Assembly (NCBI GenBank): GCA_019343175.1
Contig: CM033278.1
Span: 14,865,400-14,929,399, forward strand
DNA from: Oedothorax gibbosus
Taxonomy: Eukaryota
DNA: 64,000 bases
Reading direction: 5' to 3'
Part shown: positions 38,008-50,563 of the stretch, one piece after another
Numbering within the stretch: the stretch's first letter is position 1
Layout: every line of letters starts with the position of its first letter
Notes under the pieces: model-generated
What the model was told of the DNA's origin: nothing
Seen by the model: only the letters and a program-made list of their open reading frames with translations
The model's database searches: none
Position numbers and translations under genes: made by a program

Positions 38008-38803
38008 TATTAGTACAGCCAGTGGCGGCTCGTGGCATACAGCAAGTACAGCCAGGCTGTACCTAAATTTTCAGTTTAAAACAAAATCCCAAATCCGATC
38101 ATATATTTTTTATCCATTATTATATTTTGCCAAAGGAGCGCATTTTTTTAATGTAACGCTTTCAGCCAAAAATGAAAATTCCGCTCAAATAGTGGGATTG
38201 GTAAAAGGTACCTGTTTGGGTATCAAATGAGTCTCATGCTTATAATCCAATCCTACTGCCTTCAGCCAGTGAAGAGTAATGAGAGAAGGGCTGCAAGATG
38301 CGAGCCTGGTTGCAATGACGACGAAGAATATGCATTGCTTAATCCACATACAATTAAATGGATTTAGGCGCTGAGTGCTGCCCAGAACGATATTATACTT
38401 TTCGGCTGCAGTTGGAATTCGCTGATATGATTGGTGGTTGCCTAACACGTGTTAGGCCATGTGTGATGATGGGGGAATCAAGAATTTGAACTCTTCATCG
38501 CTTCAGCGTTCAAATGATTATTATTTTTCGGCGTTAACGGAATGCTTTTGTTTCTCAGTTTTAATATTTTATTTGTTCTTTATTAAAAAATGAAACCCTG
38601 GTATGATAAAACATACTTAAACTACTTAAAGTAATACACTATGTGGGGTTTTTTAAAATAAGTTCTTCTATTTTCTATAATTTTATGTACTTTTTTAATT
38701 ATATGCTTCTCAATTTATGCTCAGCTAACTAAAGTTTGTGTGTGGGGGGGGGGGGTAGAGTTTCCTCGGCTGCACCAACATTTTTGATCACGGGCCGCCA
38801 CTG
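38008..38803. mobile_element. candidate hAT-like MITE (~800 bp) with CAGTGGCGGC(T/C)CGTG inverted termini
   Basis: CAGTGGCGGCTCGTG at 38008-38022 vs CACGGGCCGCCACTG at 38789-38803; no clear TSD; a G12 tract lies at 38747-38760 inside. Confidence 0.4.
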
Positions 38804-40578
38804 TAGAACACCATACAAAATTTCGGAAAACTTATTAAAGGGATAGAAGGAAATCATATTGATATTAATTTGCATCTCTAACAATTTAAAATTGTTTCAA
38901 GAAAAATGAAATCTTTACATTTATAAGCATATCTTTAATAAGCAACCAACACTTGTTGTCTGTCGATTGAGAGTTTTAATGGTTGGATTATCTAAAAGCT
39001 TGATCAGATAACTGTTGATATGGCAAAACAAGTTATTATAAATTAATAGATTCTTTGTGTCAAAACTAGTAGGTGACATTAGCTAGTTTTAAATAAGTAA
39101 ATATGTTTTGGCTAGTGTATATTTATTATAAAATATCATTTTATTTTATACCCTTTTAATAGTTTGTTAGATAAAAAAAAGTTTGTTTAAAATATACTAG
39201 TCACAATAATCCTAGAATTACCTACCTCAACTGACCTTACTTCAATAGTAATTCATTTGTGTGTTTTTTATCCAGCAAAGTCCAAACGAAAAAATTATAT
39301 TTTCGTATTTGGCGAATATAATTAACCTTGAACTGGATGTACTTTTCTTTAAAAAAAATCACACACAAAATTGCGTTTTGGGTAATTTCTTTTAAGCAGA
39401 CACCACTGACTTAAAAATCGCCAAATAAGTGATATAAGGTCCCACTTATTTCAACTTGGTCATTTAAAAGAGCAAAGTATTAATAAATCATCTTATATAC
39501 TCCTGAGATCTAACATCCAATTTAAAGACATGTTTTGATTTACTTCCCTTCAACTACACAATTTATTTTTACTTTATGCACTGAAATGGTTTGATGGGAG
39601 AAGATCTAAAAATCCCTTTCAGGCTTTGATCAGTGGTATCGGTTTCAGTAGTTTATGTCTATGAAAAAAAATGAAGTTGTACAATGGTCCACACAATTTC
39701 AAAGTTCTTGCGGTTTTTTCAACAGCTACTTTCAAAGGTATTTTTCATTAAAAGCAGTGTTGTTAATTACAAACTGAATATTCTACTTGAACTTTTGACT
39801 ATTAATTACGAAAACACTGGTTTTAGCATTCATAGCACACATAAAAGTGTATTTTTAAGATTTCAAATGAAATTGATGTGCCCCTCAGTACGTATTACAC
39901 ATTAGTTTTTTCAAAAAAATTTGTTAACCTGCTTTTTAATCATTATATTTGTTTGAAAAATGTCTTTATGATGTTATATGTGTAGGATTTTACTGGGGTC
40001 TCAAGGAGTATATTATTGCAACCCTGATACTACATGATTTCCCACTTTGACTTTATTCATGGATTACAAAATCTGCAAAAAACATTTTCATTTTTGTTTA
40101 TTATTTACCTTTTTTTATAATATTTTATAAGGGGAGGAGTCAGGGATGTTTTTAAAAGTAAACAAAACATTGAATTTTTCTAATTCAAAATGCCTTAAAA
40201 CTGTATTTTGTGGCTTCGGATTTTTTTTAAGGTAAATAAAGTTTTGAGTTACCCTATTTCTAAAAATTATGCCTAAAACTTGATTATGGGGTCATGAAAA
40301 TGATTAGGTAAAAAGTTCTTTTTCTAACTCTAGCTTCAATTTTGGCTACAGTGGTTGGAGACTTTTATGGATTGGGGTTTAACGGAAAAATATCAAATTT
40401 TGTTTACATCTTCTTTCTTTTTTAACAATGAATATCATTTACTTTTCTATTTGAAATTATTAAATGTTTCATTTGGTTTCAGAAAGTCCAGATTTTCGAA
40501 TACATGTCCAAATCAAAGGCTTGCTGGTGATTGAGATTTTATTTAAAAAAAATCTTTCAAAATAACTTAGTTTTAAGC

Positions 40579-41757
40579 ATGAATGACGACACAAGGAAGC
40601 CTAGTGTGGATGCTCCGGTTGAACTTGAAAGTCAGTTTATTCTACGCTTACCTTCCACACCTGCTGCTTCTTTAAGAGCAGCAGTGAAGTCTGGTGTGGC
40701 CAACTTGGAAGACAGGCTTGCTATTCAGTTAGAGGCAGATATGAGGCATGCCACGGTTCAGTTTGATAAATGGACATTACCAGCAAAACTTTATGACCTT
40801 CCCACCATAATTGAGTCCTGCAAGACATTAGACAAGAAGATTTTCTACAAGACGGCCGACCTATGCCAAATAATGATAGCTCACGAGGGTGATGCTGCCA
40901 AAAGTGATGAAGAAGTTTCTCCCAAGAAAAAAGACAAAGATGCCAAGGACAAGCGATACATGCTTCCACATGGGATAACAGCACCTTTGAAAAATGTGAG
41001 GAAAAGACGGTTCCGTAAGACCCTAAAGAAGAAATATGTTGATTTACCTGACGTAGAGAAAGAGGTCAAGCGCTTACTCCGAACTGACACAGAAGCTATC
41101 AGTGTTCGATATGAAGTAGTAAACGCTGAAGACGAAAAAGCTGATGGGAAGAACAACGAAAGAGAATTTGGTGCAGATGGCTTGGAAGAAAGAGAACTGA
41201 GCAACTCCCAAGCAGCAGATGTTGCAGAATACGACCTCTTTGGTGAAGTCCTCAGCAGCTCGGAAGAAAGTGGAGACGAGGAAGATGTAAATGTGGTTGA
41301 TTTGGGACAAGCTGCCCGCAAGTTGGAAAGCATCATTGAAGAACAGGACAAGGCAGATGAAGGTTCCTCCAAGGTCACCAAGGACACGGATGACCTGGCC
41401 AAGAGCATGCAGATGAGCCCGGATCCGTCAGACCAATTCCAAGACTATGGCAACGAGAACGACAGCATGGCGGTCTCTCAACTGGAATCGGCGACGGCTG
41501 GAGAAAACCTTGGACAGCTGCTCAAAGAACAGAAGACGGAAGAAGAAAGGATGGCTTTGATGGAAAAAATGGTCGAGTTGGAGCATGCAATATCAAACTT
41601 GCAGGCTTCAAGAAGGGCTCAGGAGGCTAAGGTTATTAACATTGAAAATGTTGCCCTCAGGCAACGATTCCAAACCACCATTGAGCAACTCAAGCAAGAG
41701 GAGTATGAGAAACAGATGGAGTATAATGAAATTGTGAGTATACTTCAAGAGGGCTAA
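40579..41757 (+). CDS. TAF7: TAF7 (TFIID subunit 7), intronless, 392 aa
   Basis: MNDDTRKPSVDAPVELESQFILRLP...WTLPAKLYDLPTIIESCKTLDKKIFYKTADLCQIM...YMLPHGITAPLKNVRKRRFRKTLKKKYVDLPDVEKEVKRLLRTD...acidic region...C-terminal coiled coil; matches the human TAF7 motifs ESQFILRLP and HGITLPLKNVRKRRFRKT. Confidence 0.85.
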   Translation: MNDDTRKPSVDAPVELESQFILRLPSTPAASLRAAVKSGVANLEDRLAIQLEADMRHATVQFDKWTLPAKLYDLPTIIESCKTLDKKIFYKTADLCQIMIAHEGDAAKSDEEVSPKKKDKDAKDKRYMLPHGITAPLKNVRKRRFRKTLKKKYVDLPDVEKEVKRLLRTDTEAISVRYEVVNAEDEKADGKNNEREFGADGLEERELSNSQAADVAEYDLFGEVLSSSEESGDEEDVNVVDLGQAARKLESIIEEQDKADEGSSKVTKDTDDLAKSMQMSPDPSDQFQDYGNENDSMAVSQLESATAGENLGQLLKEQKTEEERMALMEKMVELEHAISNLQASRRAQEAKVINIENVALRQRFQTTIEQLKQEEYEKQMEYNEIVSILQEG

Positions 41758-43343
41758 ATTTCAGAGATTCGTGAACAATTGAACAAGTCCTTGCTAGAGC
41801 AAAATATTTTACTGCCACTATGTGAAAAAAATGAAGAATAGGTATTGTGTTTCAGAATTTCTTTATGTAAAATAATAGTTTTATTAAGAAAATATTTAGA
41901 AATGCAGTTGGTGTATATATTGATCGCAATACTTTTTGTTCCTGACTTATGATAGCATATCTTCCACTCTCTAAGTGACTAAACATAAAATATGAACTAT
42001 TAACACAAAATTAAGATTAATCATAACTATATTATATGACTTATACCATTACTAAAAATAGCTATTACGATAGTATCTCAACAAATATAGGTCGTGTCTT
42101 GCTTATATAAAAAAGGCTTTCTATTATACACTTTAAGACATGTGGTTATAAACATTATAAAATAAAACCAATTATTTTTATATTTTCAATTGATTTGAAA
42201 TTGATGTTTAAACTATGATGTCTGCATAATTTCAACAAATATCCAATCATTTTATGTAACACTATTACATCTAAACTTACTTTAATTTTAGAAATAAACT
42301 TAGTTTTTATCTCTTTGAAACACATTTTTATATTTTGTGGCTTAATTTATCCAGAATTAGTATTTTATATCTAACTCTAACTATCAATTAAAATGTATAT
42401 ATTTTTTAATAATTATAGAAAATATAGAATGACAATTTTCTCTGTAATTTATTAATGATATACAATTCAGTTCATATTGTGTTTTTAATGTTTATGCCAA
42501 TTTTTAAAAATACTTATACACTTAGTTGGCAGGTCATAATTTTTGCAAAACTGAAAAGATAAGTGATTTCGCGAATTCAATATGAACAGACCCAAGCTGA
42601 ACTATTTAGGATGTTAATGAACAAGTGTGGAACACTTTCTATAAACTACTAAGCAAACAGGTAATTGCTGACGACTTGAAAAGATGAAATAAATTCACCT
42701 CATCTCCTTACTGTTATGAGCGATACTCCGAGAACGCCTTTTCCTAATTCTCTTAGTTTAGTATAAGTATATATTAAGATTTTTAGCACTAGGAGAGCTG
42801 CATTCTATTGGTTTTGCTATTGTTTAATATTTAAGGAAATAGTTGTGTAGTACTGAAGGAATAGTTGATGAAGAGAAAGTTGTGAAGGCGGGAGGCAAAT
42901 ATATTTCGAGAGGCTTATATTTTCTTGATTACTACAGGCTCAAAAAAAAAGGTGTATTTACGGGTAGTTAGATATTTTTATACAAATAACATAAAGCCAC
43001 CTTATGCCCTAGCAACAGTGATGGAAAAGAAGATAAACCAACCATATCTTTTTTTTTTTTACTTGGGATATTATTTGTCACATATTATTTAACTTCAAAG
43101 ACATTTGTTCATGATTTGTTCATGAATTCAGTTAAATGACTCATTCATTCACAATTGTGTATCTAAAGTTGAATACGCTACAGAAATAGATTGGAAGAAT
43201 TCAATTCAAAATGTACTTTAGTAACAAAAAATTCATGTCGAGGAGCAGCAGTAGACTACAGAACAATTTTTTATGGAACACTTAGGCTAAAGTTATTCCA
43301 ATGAATGAGAACTAACATGATCCATATCAATTAATTTAATAAT

Positions 43344-43700
43344 GGTAGCGTCTCAGTGGCTGAGGGATAATACATGTCCACCTTATAAGCCCAAGTTTGC
43401 AGGTTGGAGCCAAGGCTGAGTCGTCAGACTTTCTGGATGGGAAATACTTGGGCACACATGTCCTATGATTATGTGGCATGTAAAAGATCCCTTGAGTACC
43501 CATCTGTCTTGGTTCTCTCGGAAAAATTAAATCTCAGTATATTTTAACATCCACAGAGAGCTCAAATTCATTGTAATCTGAGCATCAAAATTTGGTAGTG
43601 AGAGTCGCCTAGATGATGCCGCAAAAAATGGTTCTCAGTTCTGGGGAATATGCCAAGTCTGCAAAAGCTTAGCCGCCAATAACGCAGCCCCGTTGTAAAA
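43344..43700 (+). repeat. possible tRNA-derived SINE
   Basis: Starts GGTAGCGTCTCAGTGGCTGAGGGATAATAC...GGTTGGAGCC (tRNA-like); no long ORF. Confidence 0.3.
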
Positions 43701-45385
43701 AAAATGTAATGTTACTTAAATTTAACTTTTAAAAGTGTTTGTGTGCTATGGAAACTGACGAAATAGTTATGGGAAAATATTTATTAGACATTACATAAAG
43801 AATTTTATGTTATATTATCATTAATTAAATACAATCCTTTAAAAAAAATTTAACTTTAAAGTTAATTGGAAATAAAATGCAACATAGGTGATGGCTTTAC
43901 ACAATTGAAAAGTCGATATAAATTAAATTTACACAAGTCCTTTAACGCATTGACCAAGTACAGACAAGCTTTGAATATTTCAAGTGGGGTAAGTGTGATG
44001 GGGGGTAAGTGTGATAAACAGCTCTTGTAACTTTGGGAATCATTCTAAAAATCTGAAAGTTTGCAATATATAACATTAGACCACTTATACTTAAACTAAA
44101 AAGAAATATTGACTTTAAATAATAGTTTAAAGATAGTTTTGATCTTTTGAATTTAAGTGCAACTGTCTGGTTTTTTTTCAAATTCGAAAGGTTTTCTTCC
44201 AAATTCCATAAGTGTCATATTTTTATAAAAACCCTGTTGTTTTTTCTTTCTCTGTTAGTTAAAAGAATAAAGGTAAAGATATAAAACTGTTTTGGTTTAT
44301 AATTTCACATGTTGTGAAGTATGGAAGTACAATCACAGTTACCCCTCAAAATATCAGTTGTGGGTAACTGTGATAAGTGCCATGGGGGTAAGTGTGATAA
44401 TCCAAAACACCCCATTTACCTTGTGCAAAACATACATAAATATAAAAAAAATTATTATATTATTAAATTATAAATTATTATTAAAAAAATGAATAAAAGG
44501 AAATGGCATTTCATTTCATAATATGCCAGAGGATTTTGAATTAGAAATACCAAAAACTGACCTTTCTACTGGATGCTATATTCTTGTTGCCTTTTTTTTG
44601 AAAAAAAACCATGGTAAAGCACTTTTTGGGACAATTTCAGTCTGAAAATGAGGTGAATCGAGAAGGGATTACTGTAAAATTTCTTAAATATGGCCAAATA
44701 TATAGATGACGTGTGTATAATTGATGAGGACGATATTGTTTAGAACCTCCCATGTCCAAATATGGACCGAAGAGAACGTCTGTATTTTTCGTAAGATTTT
44801 GAAAATTACAATCTGTAAAAAAAGCAGTCTAACTAATAATAAAAATTGAATAGCACCATAGGTATTTTGACTTTAAAATTGTTTGTTTCTTTTACATCCT
44901 GACTTAAGTTTATTATATCACAACATGAACCAAAAACGAAAATTCTCAATATTTTTTATTTTTCTTATCCGCATATTTCTAATAAGATGTAAAATGCTAA
45001 TAAATTTATGTTTATATTAAATTGTTAAGAAAAATGTATGCTAGGTAATTTATATGGCTTGAAAACACTTATTGCAACTGAAATCACACTTACCCACATC
45101 AAAATCACACTTACCCCTATGTGGGGTAAGTGTGATAAAACAGCAATGGATTTTGAAATGCAAATTTTATTCACTTAAATTTGGAATTCAAACAAATTTT
45201 TTCCTACATAGGTATGTTTCTTATAATAATTCACTACCAATTTTAGGATTTGGAATTTACTTGAAGCAGAGAACTAATTTTTTTAAGGAAAAATGCAGAA
45301 ACCCTATCACACTTACCCCACTTGACCCTAAACATTTTATTTTAGATTACAACTTTATTATAAAAATACATTCAATTATTCTATT

Positions 45386-45568
45386 TTATTCTATACATAA
45401 TAAACTATCTGGAATATCTTCTCTGTTTGGAAAACTGAATTGTGTTCCCTTTTTCAGCACGCTCATTGTTGCAATTTCACACGACTTCTCAATTGTTGTT
45501 TTCAGACTCAGATTCGGATGATGAGCAAGGAAATAAACTAAACTTCCCATAAAGGCATCACCGGCACC
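45386..45568 (-). CDS. ribokinase exon 8 (stop TAA at 45386-45388)
   Basis: Acceptor ttgtttaag; GAGDAFMGSLVYFLAHHPNLSLKTTIEKSCEIATMSVLKKGTQFSFPNREDIPDSLLCIE* (GAGD anion-hole motif). Confidence 0.8.
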   Translation of the reverse strand, partial: GAGDAFMGSLVYFLAHHPNLSLKTTIEKSCEIATMSVLKKGTQFSFPNREDIPDSLLCIE

Positions 45569-46026
45569 CTTAAACAACAGTTACATATATATTCATTCTG
45601 CAATTTTGTTAATGATTACGCCAAAGTGAAACATTTTTATAAATACTAATCTTAAAACTCTCCAATAAACATTTTAAAATTTAATCAAAAAAATTTACTT
45701 GAGTATTAATTTTTCTTTTAAATGTCCAGCTTTAAATAATGTATTGTTTCTTTCAAATTAAGTACCTTATATTTGCAAGGAACTTGTGAAATTCCCTCAT
45801 TTCGTAGAATTAAGGGGCAGAAATTATTGGTTTAAAAACAAAAATTATACAAATTTCTGCCAAGTAATGGGTATTTAAATAATATATAGCATGATAGTGT
45901 ATGTATTATGAAGTTCTTGCATGTAAAAATTATCAATGGTTCCATAGTACTTAAATACTTGATAATAAAATGAATGTTCAAGCAAAAAATATGTAAAATT
46001 GGTCAAAGCTAATATAAATAACTTAC

Positions 46027-46215
46027 CGTACAATCGACAGCTTTAACAGACTTAGTCTGTACATGACCATACTTTTCATCAGTTTTTGTCTGAAAAACTG
46101 CACCTTTAGCACCTAATGTGAGAATAACAGTCGAACAACCTTTTTCTTGGAGTTTCTTTATTATTGCTTCAGCATTTGCAAGATCTTTTGCAGGTAAATT
46201 AGTCGCATCTTCGGC
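46027..46215 (-). CDS. ribokinase exon 7
   Basis: Acceptor ttactag; AEDATNLPAKDLANAEAIIKKLQEKGCSTVILTLGAKGAVFQTKTDEKYGHVQTKSVKAVDCT; donor GTAAGT. Confidence 0.75.
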
Positions 46216-47344
46216 CTAGTAAACAAATATTAAAAATAGATTGTAACAAGAAGCTTTCTTAAAATCAAAGATAAGATTTTATTAGATACAATAAAAAACA
46301 AAACTATAATTTATATTTTTGCAAATTATACACTGCTCAAAACAATTAGGGGAGCACTTTTCATACCTTTGTTAACCCTTTCATTTCCAACTTTTTCTTT
46401 TTATTCTAAACATCTATAATTTTGTGAAATAGATTCATTATGCATTTAGAATGAAATGATAAAAAGCAAGGAAAAAAATCTTAATTTTTTAACTAAAATT
46501 CAAGGGGGAGGGGGGAATTGGAATCATAACTTTTGAATAAATTATAACGCTAATTTTTTCAAAACTTTATTTGTTAAAAAAAAAGTTAAAAATCAATTTC
46601 TAAACATCTAAGAATGCAAGCGTGAAGTTGGGGTCAATTTATTTTATAATTTTTTTTGGGAGTGAATTTTCTTTTACCATGTTTTTCATATTTTCATTTA
46701 ATTAAAACAAACATTATTTAATTCTTCAAAAGACATGATTCTTCCATAAATAAGTTCGAGCTCAACTTGAGAAGTGAGAAAAAAAATCGCAAGCTGATAA
46801 TCTCAAATGGAAACATTGGGAATGAAATGGTTTAAACCATGCATTCCCCTAATTCTTTTGAGCAGTGTATTTTCTTGGTTGCCTGGACCACACATACTTT
46901 TTTTCAAATACAAATGATAAATGGCATGTTTTTTTAAATTTCAATAATGTGATAATCAGACTATGATACATTTTAAAATGCTTTCGGCTAATTCCATGTA
47001 ACTGTAGTGTAAGTCACGATTTAAGAGGATATTAAAAGCTTTAAATTTAAAAAATAAATCAAATTAAATAAAGTACATTACATTATTTAGTTATAATACG
47101 TGTAGATCAACTATTCCACGATTTTTTTTTCATTTAATGTTAAAAGTTGTAGTGATAATCACTTTTTACAAACGTGACTTACACTACAGACGTTACACTA
47201 CAGACAGGATAATTTTGCATGGAATTACCCTTTCTCATTTATTAAGTCTAGGTCAAAAGTTGATATAAGATGAGCTTGTGTATATGTTCATCATAAAAAA
47301 TACTAACCAGTATGATTTTTATATAATTTAAACAATTTCTTTAG

Positions 47345-48147
47345 TTTATTTTTGGCCTACTTTTCTTTTTTTTAATTCAAAAGAATTAAAAAAATGAAAA
47401 AGTAGGTATTGACATGTGGTCGATGTCCGTCTGTCTGTCCGTCCGTACCCCCCTTCCAAAATCGGTTCTATCAATCGGATCTTAAAAATTCTTTATTTGT
47501 TAGAAAGCTATGACCTCAGAGACCCAACTTTCATACTTTTTGTCCGCCTGTCTGTACGTCCGGACGGACATAAATCTACTATCTGTCGGTGAATTTCCCA
47601 TTGAATTAGCATTGAAATTAAATTTTGAGTCATTTAAATCACTGTTGCCAAATTAACAATGGCATGAGAAACTATTTAAAAATATTTGAAGCAAAATAAT
47701 TTTTGCATGAATCAGTTTCAAATGACGTCATAAAATGTAGCACAATGTGATTCTTTGATTGTTCATTAATTGTTTACAAGAAAGCGGAAGGCATATTTTT
47801 TGCATACAATTATGCTTAGTTTTAATTTACATTTTTTATTTTTTTAATGTAGTTTGGAGTAGTTTCATTACTTTTGTTATTAATAAATATTGAATTATTC
47901 TTTGAACTACAAATAAATCGTGCAGACGATAAATTATATTAAGTTAATTTGAGAAAGAATATTAGGGAAAATAGTTGATTTTGGCTTTAGAAGTTTAAAA
48001 TTATAGCTGGATGTTGTGTTTAGCGATTTTTTTTCGAATGTGTATAAATCTAGTGTAGAAACGGTTGTTGATGATATTTACTGTTAGGAACTTAGTTGTT
48101 TTCCTATTAGAATTTCAGTAAGTATTTAAGTAACAGGAAAGTAGGCT
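47345..48147. repeat. single-unit paralogue of element 13931-15598, lying in a ribokinase intron
   Basis: Collinear with 13931-14000 + one tandem unit + 15060-15598. Confidence 0.55.
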
Positions 48148-48351
48148 ATTTTAGTTCTTTAAGAACTTGTTTTTTCTCCAAAGTGGAATACAGTACAAAT
48201 GATTTGACAATATAGAGAAAGACTGTCATATAATATTTAAGTTTTTAACTAGTAATTGTTTTTAAAAAAACTTATAAACTATGCTCATTATAATTGCAAT
48301 TTTAACATTTAAAATTTTACAAATAAAATTAAGAAGGAATTAAGGAAATAC

Positions 48352-48443
48352 TTCTATTTCATTCATGCAAATAATATCGGTGAGAGGATATAACTTTTCG
48401 TATGTTGCATCTACAGATGGAGCAGCATTCAGCACAGTCTTCA
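48352..48443 (-). CDS. ribokinase exon 6
   Basis: Acceptor tttttttgcag; VKTVLNAAPSVDATYEKLYPLTDIICMNEIE (NxxE motif); donor GTATTT. Confidence 0.7.
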
Positions 48444-49202
48444 CTGCAAAAAAAAATAGATAAAACTAATATTAACTTCTTCATTCTAATGAAGCAAACT
48501 TAATACTTTAAATACATATTTTAGGCAGATTTTTTTAATAAGCGATTAGAGCCAATTTTAAAAATACAGTGACTTAAATATTAACATTGTTTATAAAAAT
48601 GACTTAAAAATTTTGAACAACTTCGATAAATTAGACAAAATATTCTTCAGATAGTTGAATTTTTTTTCATCTTATTTACATGATACTTATAGTGATGCTT
48701 ATAATTTATAGCATTTATATCATAAAACATGATGCATTGCATAAACTTGGACAAATACACATGATTTACACATAAGAAACTATTTTTAATAAATAAATTT
48801 TCTCCTATATCAAAAATTCAAAATAATAAATTTTACTGCTTGAACCAAACTATTACCCAAAGGCTTCTCTCTGTTTTAATCGAATAGGAAAAATCAGTTT
48901 CAATTTTACAAGTGAATCATTTTTACAAGTGAGAAATCAAATCATGGCCAATCATTTTTACAAGTTAGTTTTTTCGATATGATGAATTAGATGTAGCTTA
49001 CTTAGAAACTTTTGATTAGGAAAGCTAAAGCCAACTTCATATCTCATTGCCCTTTAAGAAATTTTCATTTAGACTACCTCATTTTTTTATTTAATTTTCA
49101 ACATAAATCAATGAAAATTTGTTTTTTACATACATAATCAAAAAAAAACATTTCCTCACTAAAAATTCAAAATATTTAAATTGTATGTTTGGTAAAACAA
49201 AC

Positions 49203-49367
49203 CTTTATATTTTCTAGCTAATGTAAAAGCAGCAAGTAATGTGGTCAGAGGACACTCATAAGTGGCAAGAAGAACTTGGGACTGTTTGATTACATTCTCT
49301 GCTGCAAATATATCCTCAGGAGTTAATTCATTGATTGCTCCTGGCACAAAAACAATGCAATTCTCTC
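49203..49367 (-). CDS. ribokinase exon 5
   Basis: Acceptor ttgtttcag; GENCIVFVPGAINELTPEDIFAAENVIKQSQVLLATYECPLTTLLAAFTLARKYK; donor GTTTGT. Confidence 0.75.
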
Positions 49368-50349
49368 CTGAAACAATTTTTTTTAACAATGATTGGTACT
49401 GCTTTTTTTAACAACGCACTGGTTTATTACATTCTCAGCTAAAAATATATCTTTTGGATGCAATTGAATTCATTGAATTGCTCCTGGCACAAAAACAATG
49501 AATTCTCACCTGAAACAATGGAGGTTTTTTAACAATGATTAAAATAAAAATATTTAGCTGCAATAAATAAGGGCTGTATTTCAACATAAAATAATTTTCT
49601 GTTATTTTCCCACGTGCTGATTACCCAAACTTCTAAGCAGTAAATAAATAATGTTTAAATATCTATAATTATTTCAACAATGATTAAAATAAAAATATTC
49701 AGCTGCAATAAAGTTTAAATATCTATGATGTAAAAAGATTTGGGGCACTCTCATTCAGACTAATGCACATCAAAACATTTATTTCCACAGAATTTTAAGC
49801 TTGTGTGATAAAACTACAATTTCGACTCAACTATGACAGGCTTTGTGTTATCCTAAAATAAACAAAAATGCAATTATTTTATAATATAAAATATTAAAAT
49901 AAAAAAGACATATTAGTTAAATTAAACAAATTTTAACAAATAGGTTAGGTTAGTTTGAATTATCGTCGCACTAGAGCTACACGAGGGCTATTTTTAACAA
50001 ATAGGAAGCAAGCCTTGACTAAGTTATATTTAACTCTGAAAAAGTCGTGATATTTTCTCTTTAAAGTCTAATGAAAAAAAATAGAACCTTCCCTGATTAA
50101 AAGAAAAGTACCTTTATATGGCTTTTTTTTAGAACCTTTGAAACAATTACATAAAAAATTAAGTATTTTTTTAAGTTTCAATTTGCAACAAATCAATGCA
50201 ACTGCAATGCATAATAACAATTTGTAAAATTGACACATTGGCATTGTAATTAAAATAAATGTCTGCATGAAATTTGGTTTTTAATGCAAGAGAATAGTAA
50301 AAAATTAAGTTAAAATTGTAAAAAAATTTAAGAAGGGTCTGTCATATAC

Positions 50350-50412
50350 CGTCATCAGTCACTAAAATGGAAGCTGTACTTGTATTTGATGTTTTGGAAA
50401 TGGTTACGAATT
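50350..50412 (-). CDS. ribokinase exon 4
   Basis: Acceptor ccttctag; EFVTISKTSNTSTASILVTDD; donor GTATAT. Confidence 0.7.
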
Positions 50413-50499
50413 CTAGAAGGGAAAAAAATAATCAGAAAAGTGTGACAATACAGCGAGTTGAATAAAGGTAACATAGATATTTTTACTTATAAATGTTAC

Positions 50500-50563
50500 C
50501 TGAATGAACATTTAGTTTCCTAAAATTTTCTAAATGTTCCTGTCCAAAGCTATCATCTCCAAC
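50500..50563 (-). CDS. ribokinase exon 3
   Basis: Acceptor ttttttcag; VGDDSFGQEHLENFRKLNVHS; donor GTAACA. Confidence 0.7.

Noticed and set aside
38185-38448. 87-aa ORF in a moderately GC-rich segment
   Set aside because: It lies inside the candidate MITE 38008-38803 and has no recognisable domain.
40721-41408. Minus-strand ORFs of 87, 175 and 78 aa
   Set aside because: Antisense to the well-supported TAF7 CDS. Their composition is low-complexity Ser/Leu.
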